Shown: positions 53,506 through 64,000 of the stretch, one piece after another | How positions within the stretch are numbered: the first letter of the stretch is position 1 | How the letters are laid out: each line of letters starts with the position of its first letter | Notes under the pieces: model-generated | What the model was told of the DNA's origin: nothing | What the model saw: only the letters and a program-made list of their open reading frames with translations | Database searches by the model: none | Translations under genes and position numbers: made by a program | Assembly (NCBI GenBank): GCA_964016885.1 | Contig: OZ024746.1 | Location: 5,952,001 to 6,016,000, forward strand | Length of the DNA: 64,000 bases | Reading direction: 5' to 3' | Source of the DNA: Eledone cirrhosa | Taxonomy: Eukaryota

Positions 53506-54431
53506 GTCGATTACTACTAATAATAATAATTGTTTCTACTTTTGGCACAAGGCCAGCAATTATCCCAGTGCATTACTGGTACTTTATTTTATCGGCCCCG
53601 TAATAATGGTTTCTGATATAGGCACATGGTCTTCAATTGTTGGGAAAAGGGAAAGTCAATTACATCGAATACAGTACATTACTGGTACTGTACTTTATCG
53701 ATCCTGGTACTTTATCGACCCTGGTACTTTATCGACTCTGTAAGGATAAAAGCCAAAATTAATTTCGGCGGGATTGGAACTCAGAAGGTATCCAACCGTT
53801 CCTTTATTTCTCAAATTATCAAAGGAAGGGTTTGGGAATGTGGGATTGTTGTTTATGTGTTCAGAGAATATTTTGAAAGACTTCAACAGAATTACCGCAG
53901 AATTTCTTTTACTGGAGTCACGACGAGACCACTTGTGATGTCACTCGGAATTCGTCAAATGAAGACATGAAGCACTTTTGTATTGAACAAGGAAAAATAA
54001 TTTCCATTAAAGTGTTTCACACATTTTGAAGCTCAATACATGCTCTTCACGTAGAATGACATTATTTTAAATTACATAACCAGTGTATATTTTGTTTTTA
54101 AAACTATATATTCACACAATCATTCTATGATCATGTAAGATTAAATCGATGCTTCGCTATAAAGGTTCAACGAGATTGATACCAGCCCGAAGTAACTTTA
54201 CGCACCCCAAAAATTAGATTCAGGCTCCACTGCGTGCTGCAAATAAATTTTTTATAAAATCAATTTTCGAAGTTCCCGCCCTTCCATATGATAAGAATGA
54301 TCTTCAATGCTAGTGTATCATTTTCATCGTGGATGGAATTATAATTAATTTTATGTTGAGTTTACTACTTTAAGGACATTAACCCAAACACAATTAAATA
54401 CAAAACAACTGATGACTAACCATCTTCTTTT

Positions 54432-54690
54432 TAGAAGGGGGCAGATACCTCATTTGAGACGTGACGTGTAGTGACTTGTCCTCCTCCAGCCTTGTTGTTC
54501 TGGCCACAACCCCAGGCACCGCTGCCTGCAATGCGGAGGAGAGGAAGAAAGTTAAATGTCGAGACCTCTAACGTCCTTGGCTGCTGATGTCCTCCGTAAG
54601 GTCGGATAGACGGCGTCCGTTGGGGTGGCTGTTGCAGCAGGTGTCTCTGGCAATACTCAGCAGTACCGCATTTGCCATTCTTTCCGTAGG
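54432..54690 (+). pseudogene. CRE-like retrotransposon endonuclease C-terminal fragment
   Basis: RGRYLI*DVTCSD...PGTAACNAEERKKVKCRDL ... WLLQQVSLAIL...AFAIL. Confidence 0.65.
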
Positions 54691-55680
54691 GTATAGCTGA
54701 GGTACCGTTTAGACTAGGTTGTAATGTTTGCGCCCCCATATCCCTTTCTTTCGTTGCCTGATCCATTTTTCTTTCTTTTGCTTTTACTTTCCTTTTTTTC
54801 TTCCCTTTCTGTTCCTTTAATAGTTTGTTTTGTTTTTATTAGATTGTTTTTCATTACATTGTCAGATTTTGTAAAACAAAACAAACATCACTAATACTCA
54901 GCAAAAATAACAATGTGTTTTCTTTTGCTAACTTAAATTCAATCTAAAAGATGCTATTTTTTGTGTTGTTTAGCCCCAGGTTCAACCAATAACGTTCCAG
55001 CCATGACTATCTCGACATTTTGAATATCTAGAAAGACATTGTTTATTGCATTTCCTCTTTTTAACGATGACAGAATGTGATTTAAGAACGTTTAATATTG
55101 TTGCTAGGTGGCCCAGTGCTTTAACTAAGGACTAAAAGAGCGCTAAGGCGGTGAATTGTCAGAGTCGTTTGAAGATCGGATAGAAGACTTTGCAGTATTT
55201 CTTCTGGCTCCCGGATCTCTCAGGTCAAATCCTGCTGAGGTCAACTTTGCTTTTCATCCATTCGAGGTCAAGTACTGGGATTGGTTCTTCCTCAGGATTT
55301 CATCCTCATTTCCTTTCATTCACTCTCTCTATCCTCTGGGAGAAATCTGCTGTATTCAAACCTGGAGACGTGCTCCGCTAGGTTTAAAGATGCCTTAGAA
55401 AGGCCGTTACTACCAGAGCGCGCCAACAACTCATTAGTTACGGAACCATACATAACAGAAAGCTAGCTATAAGTTACAAATATACAACTCAGAATATCTA
55501 TATAATATTGACTGAAACTTTCACATGAAACTTTACTGACACAAGGCGGTGAAGTGACAGTAACAGCAGTGTGTTAGTATAGAGTCTTGGTGTGGTGTAT
55601 GGCTGTCGTGTAAAATCACTTAACTTTTAACTCTACAAAATACTTCAGCAATATATATATATATGAATCCATAACAATTA

Positions 55681-55737
<57 letters not shown>

Positions 55738-55870
55738 AACTCCTAGCGGGTCCTATCAGAAGCAACCGTCTCCAATTGATCCGGCTGGAACCCCAAGCGA
55801 GACCAGCTGAGCTCATGTACGTTATCGAACTATCTTGCTCGGGTGTTTACCCCTGGACCTCCTGCCGGTC
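55738..55870 (-). mobile_element. RTE-clade LINE 3' fragment
   Basis: Homologous to ~3620-3745. Confidence 0.65.
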
Positions 55871-57843
55871 AATTTAATTTATATGATATCAGTCACATGT
55901 TAATTTTGGTTATGCCAAATGTAAGTTGTTTGTGTGCGCATTTTAGAATTGTGTTATGATATGAGTAATACTTCCATAATTAGTTTTCTACAAAGTATGG
56001 ATGTATTTTCCATAAATAATTTACTTTTTGGCTTTATTGTGAGAGTGTCGGGAAATACCACTCCGATGTCTAGAAGAGAGTGCTGTGCTAGTATGGACAG
56101 ACCAACAGAGACAGTCATAAAGTTTACATACTCTAATTATATAATCAAATTTTTGAATCACAAGTCTGACTTAAATATGATTCCGTAAACATGATTCCGT
56201 AAACAAATAATATTAATATAGAAATCATATTAAACTGATAATAATGATATAAAGTTAAGAAAGACCAAAGATAGAGACAATGTTTAAATGAATGAAAATA
56301 ATGAATCTCTGGATATAAGATTGCTGCATTAAATGGCGTAGTGTCGTACTTTCTTTATCTTTACTTAGAATCCTGTTGGAGATTACTTTTCACCTTTCCA
56401 TAGTCGATAGGATAGGTACTAGAGATGGAAAGATGTTAATTCAATAGCTTATACACATTATTACGTATCTAAGTGATCAATATTTTAATGAAACTGTTGT
56501 GATTGCCACCTCCATCCTGCTGGTTTAATGAATCAATTTTAATTTCCGCTTGTAATATTTCAAATGTATGAATATTAAGGTAGCCAATCAAATATATTCA
56601 GGTATACCTTTTCGCCTTTATACGTTCAAATTTCACCGTGGTCGGCCTCGTCTTTCATTTTAGTGGCTTTTATTAGTACCAGTAATATATTTATTGAATG
56701 TCAATCCTGACGACTACACCTGTCTCTTTTGCAAAAAATCGATTCCGCTTTATTCGAAAGAAATCAATATCTAAACAAATAATGTTTATCATGTAAAGAT
56801 ATTTAACTTGTCCAATCAGTTTTATTTCGTCTGCTACGACCAGAAAAGAATGTCTGCTACATAGCAAAACCCAACAACATACAACGCAATAAAAAGTTTC
56901 GTTCTTTTAAGAATTCTTTTCAACGATTTATGTTTATAGGTTTGTATATTCTGACAGCAGATGATTAAAGCCATGATAATCACGGAAAGAGGAAGCATGA
57001 TATTACATTTGTATAATAGCTGTTACATTTAAAAACCACCGTTATTAGCATTGTCCGGTTTCCTGTGAATGTAATCTGGTTTTGTTTGTTTCACATTATT
57101 TGGCTATACGATTTCTTAATTCTACCCTCTTAATTTTCTTCCATTAACTGGACTTCTGCCTTCCAAAACGCAGATATTTCTGAATGAAAGCTGTCAGTCG
57201 TCTCAACACACTTACGTTTGGAGATGCTAAACAAAACACGGTATTCAGCAATGATTTGATCAAATAATTTAAAGTTTTCTCTCTCGTAAAACGTCGGTGT
57301 CATACAAAAAGCAATTACGATTACTAGAAGGTTGATAGCAGGAATGCATCAAAGACATTCTTAATGTTAAATGTCAAGACCATATAAAAAAGCAGGAAGA
57401 TTTATAAAATAGAGAGTCTTGAGTTAATAATGGTAAAGTTTCTTGAATGTCGAAATGCAATATCATTGATAGTATTCCGTGACGTGTAATATAGGAGGGT
57501 AGTTTCAACGAAGGACATATCACAAACTGGAAGTGCTATTTAAATACGCCGAAGAAATTAATGTAAAGACGAAGCATGATTAAAGGGAATTTGATATCTA
57601 CTATTTACATCACAACACCGGCACTACCAACACTAATAGCATCAAATATTTTGGCATCTCTATTATATACATTAAACTTATATGAATAAACCCACCCGTA
57701 TGTATATGTATGCATGTATCTATGTTTCTATGCGTATATGTATGTATATATATATATATGTATATAAATATATATGTATATATATATATACATGTATATA
57801 TACTCACACACGCACACGCACAGACACACACAGACATATATAT

Positions 57844-57972
57844 ATAGGAAAATGTATGACACCGACGGCAGAGCTTAAGCCGTTTCGACGGCTATTTCTG
57901 AACTACTATTTAGTCCAGAAATAGCCGTCGAAACGGCTTGAGCTCTGCCGTCGGGGTCATACTTTTTCCTAT
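57844..57972. repeat. fold-back palindrome (~62-bp arms, 5-nt loop) containing a hammerhead 3' half
   Basis: Arms are reverse-complementary; the right arm reads GCCGTC-GAAA-CGGC(TTGAGCTCT)GCCG-TC. Confidence 0.85.
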
Positions 57973-58072
57973 TTCCCACTCTACTACCCTAAGTATTGAG
58001 TACTCTGGTGCGTTATGGTCCACCTGGTTCCTTACCACACTTCCTGTTATATATATATGTGTGTGTGTGTAT

Positions 58073-58107
<35 letters not shown>

Positions 58108-58113
58108 CACACA

Positions 58114-58160
<47 letters not shown>

Positions 58161-58393
58161 CTCTTAGTACGGCACTTACTTAAATGTAAGTATGTATGTA
58201 TATATACTTACATACATATATGTATACAGACGTACAGTAGTATGTATATATATACACACATATATATATATGCACGTATCGGTTTACCGAACATTTATTA
58301 TAATGCTCGGTTTGTTTGTAAACAAACAGCCCGAATTACGCCGTACAGTGTTTAAGCAACCACGTCACCCTTTTGTTCAACACTGACACAGGA

Positions 58394-58436
58394 ACGATGT
58401 ACTAGTTTCAAGCTTATTAGCTATCGTCAGCATCGT
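58394..58436 (-). ncRNA. minimal type I hammerhead ribozyme
   Basis: Minus strand: ACGATG-CTGACGA-T-AGCT(AATA)AGCT-T-GAAA-CTAG-TA-CATCGT; perfect 6-bp stem I and palindromic stem III. Confidence 0.85.
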
Positions 58437-58615
58437 ATAGCTTCCTGCCAGATGGTTGAACGTCTGAAAGTATATACTTTCCTTATGCATATTAACGGCT
58501 GAGCAGCCTAATTTGCATATCGAGTGAGTTCAGTAGGCCGGGCACACCGAAAACGATAAATGGAATAGAATACTGTACGTCTGTATACATATATGTATGT
58601 ACGTATACATACATA

Positions 58616-58676
<61 letters not shown>

Positions 58677-58720
58677 AGTAAGTATGTTTTGAAAACAGTG
58701 AGCGATTTTGAAATTAGAAA

Positions 58721-58993
58721 ATATATAGCTTTCACCGTATTTTTGACTAAAGGAACTTTAGCTTGATAACGGGGTTTAGAACCCTCAGATAAATGGAAAA
58801 AGATGAGTATTGACGTACATGGGAGTCGAACCCACATCTGTGTTATCGCGACCACTGTGCTACCATTACACCAACACATCACCCGGGTGGGTTCGACTCC
58901 CATGTACGTCAATACTCATCTTTTTCCATTTATCTGAGGGTTCTAAACCCCGTTATCAAGCTAAAGTTCCTTTAGTCAAAAATACGGTGAAAG

Positions 58994-59001
<8 letters not shown>
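58721..59001. repeat. perfect fold-back inverted repeat (115-bp arms, 51-nt loop)
   Basis: 58721-58835 is the exact reverse complement of 58887-59001. Confidence 0.95.
58811..58880 (-). tRNA. tRNA-like Pol III cassette (non-canonical 6-nt anticodon loop; isotype not assignable)
   Basis: Acceptor stem GATGTGT/GTACGTC (with G-U pairs), D arm GTGT-AATGGTA-GCAC, T arm GTGGG-TTCGACT-CCCAT, TTTTT about 10 nt downstream. Confidence 0.55.
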
Positions 59002-59069
<68 letters not shown>

Positions 59070-59071
<2 letters not shown>

Positions 59072-59527
59072 TGGCTGCCAACTCGTTTTCGAGTACGACC
59101 ACTACTTTATATCCATGTAGGAGAACCCCTACCGATGCGCTGAACGAGTGTGACTTTTTAGTCCAGCCAGCGACTTGAAAACTCTGGTACAAACACTACA
59201 CTTGTGACAACTATTGACACATAGTGCTGGGCCCATGGTACCATGTGACGACAAGTGCGGAGAGATCTCCAGATGTAAAGCAATGCCTGTGCCGTGAAGC
59301 TTTTATAGTGAGCAAAGGCACTGCACAAAGCCAGTCCCACCCCCTTAACCAAGATGATATTTACCAAAAAGAAGAACTAGTCAACATCACTGGATACCAT
59401 CAGGGTTGCAGGTGTTATATCAGAGTTTTCCTTCTCCTAGAATTCTGCCTTGACAAAGGCTAAGGGGTCATCTCTCCCAGTGATTTTGGATGGCCATTGA
59501 CACTTAAGAGCTCCTTTGCCCTTTGAT
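59070..59527 (+). mobile_element. second copy of the 28250-28840 repeat with an inverted 3' part
   Basis: 59070-59404 matches 28250-28584; 59415-59527 is the reverse complement of ~28730-28842. Confidence 0.75.
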
Positions 59528-61061
59528 ATATATACATACATAATAAAGAAGTGAAGAATAACACAGATCAGCTATACAGTAGGGTTTAGTCCAAGTATTA
59601 ACATTAGGTTTCATTGGTCCGGTGTGTCTAAAAATCGTTAGCTGTAGTTCTATTTTCATAATCGATTTTAAGTATAGTTACCACCAGCCAAATTGTCAAA
59701 ATACTAGTTCGGTACTGTTAGTACAATGCATTTAAACCAGGGTGTACAGATAATCATATGAAAAATAATATGAACAACAGTAAGAAGAAAAGTATAGTGA
59801 AGGGAAGGAATAAGGCTATGGAAAAATGATATGGAAAATGTGAGATGAAAAGACAATAAGATACAAATCAGATAAAGTAAGAATTGAAAGTAAAATAAGG
59901 AAATAAACATCCCTTTCACTCACATATGATACCAATAATCCATTATTGCCATTGCCACTCACAATCTACACCCCCAACTGCATCATCACCCATTAAGCAT
60001 CTCCCTGCCTTTACTTCTCAAAATATCTTTCAATTCACTTGTCCGTCTGTTATTTTATTGTATTTTCCGCAACCTTATTATTCTTTCATCCTAACTCATG
60101 TATACATCTATTTATATATTTGTTTTGTTATTTTGTATCCTCACTCTATATTTTTTACTTGTTTATTTCCCTATTATTTTACTTTCAATTCTTATTTTAT
60201 CTGATTTTTATCTTGTCTTTTCATCTCACTATTTTTCATATCATTTACAACCGAAATACTCTTTGTAACCTCACGTAATTCTGCTACTGTTTTAAACCTC
60301 TATTACTATCAATAGGATATGACAGTTCAACTGTAAAAAAGCTCGGATTATTATCCCGCTGATGAAGTGTTGAATTAGCCTCAAGATTGTATTGAGAATC
60401 AGACACTAATCAGCACAAAAAGTATTCAATTTATTTCTGTATTTTCTTAGCGACATGAATATTAATTATGTAAAGCTAAATATATCTTCCATACAGCAAA
60501 AGAAAAAAAAAGACTCCTTTGCTGACTGCAGTAGAAATGATTATTATCTGTTGACTAGGAACAAAATCAATTTTTGTGGGCTTTCGACCAATGGAGTCGG
60601 AGCTTGTTTTACCTGGAACCTTAACTCTATTCCATCTCAATGATTTCCTCCTTTTTAAAACCCGAACTCTTTCAGGTCTAAAGTAAATTCATTCCTTTCA
60701 CCTTAATTTATCTTTCTTCGTAGTCCCATACATTACATGGCTTGATGCCTTGTTTGGAATTTGCTAATATAAATTTGAAGCATATATGTGTGTTTTAATA
60801 GTTACTGTTTTAAGGTATAATGCCACAGAACAAACATACACCACACACACACCACACACCACACACACACACCACGCACCACACAACACACCACAGACCA
60901 CACACACATCACACACCATACACACATCACACAACACCCCCACATCACACACCATACACACATCACCCAACACCCCCACCTCCTTATATGACATTTTTTT
61001 TTCATTTCTGCCACTGCTCAGTCTCGTCCATTTTTCTATTTCTTCTTCTATTTTCACATTC

Positions 61062-61096
61062 TATTTTCTGATGAAGGACTAGCGTCCGAAACGCTT
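61062..61096 (+). ncRNA. hammerhead core remnant
   Basis: CTGATGA-A-GGAC(TAGC)GTCC-GAAA-CG; the stem I partner is missing. Confidence 0.5.
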
Positions 61097-61262
61097 TTTC
61101 TGAATATATCAAGCGAAAACTTTAAAATATATTTCTTAATTGTACTGTGTCGTTTGCTTTGTTATTTCTATTTGTCTTTTGCATATATATATAAAATACC
61201 CGTTATACCATATATATATATATATTTGTGTGTGTGTGCGTATATATGTGTATATGTACGTA

Positions 61263-61300
<38 letters not shown>

Positions 61301-61315
61301 TACGTACACACACAA

Positions 61316-61389
<74 letters not shown>

Positions 61390-62563
61390 TATAATGCGTA
61401 TTTTTAATTCTTAACACTTGAATTACTACTTAGTTTTAGGAAAAACACGGCAACGTTCGGATGATCTCAAAGGATTATTTACGTTTGAACAACATTATTG
61501 TTTACAAACAATTTATATCTGGTGGTTGTTGGAGATTATTGACAGGTTACTGTTAAAAAGGAATGTTATTTTTCACTCGACTGCTTAACACTTCTTCTAC
61601 TAATATCTGCTCGAAATGATTTGAACACATTTATCAAAATAGATATTGTGAAATATTTAATTGTTTACAATTATCTTGAATAACTATTGTATGCTAAACG
61701 TGACATATTTAGACAGGACATGACGTAGTGCCATTAACTCTATAGCAGCTGCAATTATTAAGCCTGTATTCCCACACCTTACCAAAATTGCCAGATGTGA
61801 CTCTGTTTAAGCATTCATAAAACCTAATTTCTGCTGATTTATTACCTTTTTAATAATTTTTATCGACCAATATCATTTACGTTTCCCCATATGTGTAATA
61901 AAACATTTTAACATGTTTATGTATTCTGCTTAATAAACAATTCATTATTTTTCTTCACTAAACTTTGTATTGTTTCTTTTATTGACTTACTTAGCTTTTT
62001 TTAAAAAAAGAAACACGATCATAATCAGGTTTTCAAGAAGAGAAGGGTTAAATATATTTAACAAGTTTGACGAAAGTAAGCGTAAAATGTAATTTGTGAT
62101 ACTAATCTTTCTGTAGTCAACTAAAATCACTGAGAACATATTCGCTTTGTTTTTAGGACACCTGCAAATGATGAGCTATTTGTTGTACCGTATTGATTTT
62201 TATATAATAGAATCTGAAAGTAATTTTGCCTCGATACCTTTTCTTGTACATGGTTTGCGTTATCACAAGACAATGCTTACCTTTTTCTGATTAATTTTCT
62301 AGATAATTTTACTTTTTTATATAAGAAGCTTTTAGGAAATATTTCTAAGATCAATAATAACAAAGTAAGTTTAATCATAGTATTCATAGCAGAGTCTCTT
62401 AAACAAATTGTTTCTTTTAATCATTACCGGCATTTTAAAGGCAAGAGAGCTTGTAAGTTGCATTGACTGGGTTTGTGGCGACTAGGAAAGGAACAATCGA
62501 GAATCAGAGAAGTAGATGGTGAGATATACGTATTACATTTATTTGTGGAAATTGTTTTATACT

Positions 62564-63282
62564 ACGAGAGGGTGCCAAAAGTTTCATGGAGTTGGATAAA
62601 AGAAAATACAGGAGGATCAGTTATAAGAAAATACAGTAGGATTAGTTATAAGAAAATACAGGAGGATCAATTGTAAGAAAAAACAGGAGGATCAGTTATA
62701 ACAAAATACAGGAGGATCAACTGTAAGAAAATACAGTAGGATCAGCTATAAGAAAATACAGTAGGATCAGTTATAAGAAAATACAGTAGGATTAGTTATA
62801 ACAAAATACAGGAGGATCAACTGTAAGAAAAAACAGGAGGATCAGTTATAACAAAATACAGGAGGATCAACTGTAAGAAAATACAATAGGATCAGTTATA
62901 ACAAAATACAGGAGGATCAATTGTAAGAAAAAACAGGAGGATCAGTTATAACAAAATACAGGAGGATCAACTGTAAGAAAATACAGTAGGATCAGTTATA
63001 AAAAAATACAGGAGGATCAATTGTAAGAAAATACAGTAGGATTAGTTATAAGAAAATACAGGAGGATCAGTTATAACAAAATACAGGAGGATCAATTGTA
63101 AGAAAATACAGTAGGATCAGTTATAACAAAATACAGGAGGATCAACTGTAAGAAAATACAGTAGGATCAGTTATAACAAAATACAGGAGGATCAATTGTA
63201 AGGAAAAACAGGAGGATCAGTTAATTATAATTATATTCAACATATTCCCCTCCTAGATCCACACATTTATTGCAGCGGTCCT
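62564..63282 (+). mobile_element. mariner-like terminus containing an expanded 25-bp minisatellite
   Basis: TACGAGAGGGTGCCAAAAGTTTC start; AGAAAATACAGGAGGATCAGTTATA repeated about 25 times (62600-63225); the family sequence then resumes. Confidence 0.8.
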
Positions 63283-64000
63283 ACCTGCTCTGTAAAGGTA
63301 ACATCTCTGATCTTCGTGATACCCTTACATCAAGGCGCTTTTCAGCAACCCCTTGTAGCCATACATAATACAGAAAAAATGTAGATTTTTGAGGAACAAG
63401 AACCTCTACAGAGCTGTCCTTTCTTTGGATTTTGATGGTGGTGCGTTTTCTTGTGAAAACATTGATTTAAGAATATCAATCATCCAGCGAGGACTTATTT
63501 GAACACATGAAGAGCTGAATTCATATTTTACCTTAAAGACATAACGCAATATTGAATGTTGGCTATGATTTATAACCAATATCCAATAATTTGTAACATG
63601 ATATCCACCGTGCTAATAACAATATTCTTCACGAAGGGGATAAAGTGGGAGAAGCAATAAAATAAGATACTAAATATAATTCAATATATATTTCAATTTT
63701 ATATTCTTAGTTCAGATCACACAAGACCTGCCACTGACTTTCGTTCTTGAGTTGCTAATATAACTGGCATATGGCGTTCCTAGGACATTTTAAAACCTGT
63801 GGAATCCATCTCCTCTCCAGATCTGAATGCAGCAGATTTCGTCTAGAGAAGGATAGAGAGTGAAAAGAATGAAGTGAGAGAGACATAAAGAGCAAGAATC
63901 GGGACAAATAATTGCCAGTTTAGTTATTCTGAGGCAAAGGTAACTATACTAGCAAATATAAAATCTCTATATTCTCACCTGGTTGAAGTTTGAAGCTTTA

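Noticed and set aside
52591-53548. 309-aa and 316-aa ORFs
   Set aside because: Trinucleotide repeat artefacts.
58930-59000. Hammerhead in the arm (CTGAGGG...GAAAGCTA)
   Set aside because: The core deviates and there is no convincing stem II.

Overview
AT-rich eukaryotic DNA, very probably an octopus (coleoid cephalopod); this is inferred from my recollection of the SINE families plus the abundant (TA)n/(CA)n tracts. I find no supportable host protein-coding gene. Most listed ORFs are microsatellite or SINE artefacts, and the real coding remnants are all from transposons. These are a Chapaev3-type DDE transposase, several Penelope-like elements (PLEs; Naiad-like, Neptune-like and degraded ones), a Dong/R4 LINE, and RTE and CRE fragments. 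Also present are a non-autonomous Helitron, a hAT MITE, mariner-like ends, more than 20 tRNA-derived SINEs, three large minisatellites and a 200-N gap. The most interesting layer is non-coding. There are about ten intact or decayed type I hammerhead ribozymes and a recurring class of (TA)n-flanked fold-back palindromes. One palindrome is centred exactly on a hammerhead stem II and another encloses a tRNA-like Pol III cassette. There is also a roughly 430-bp hammerhead-bearing unit with circular (retrozyme-like) junction evidence, and two cases of identical sequence modules copied in inverted and permuted order across microsatellite junctions. All folds and alignments were done by eye.
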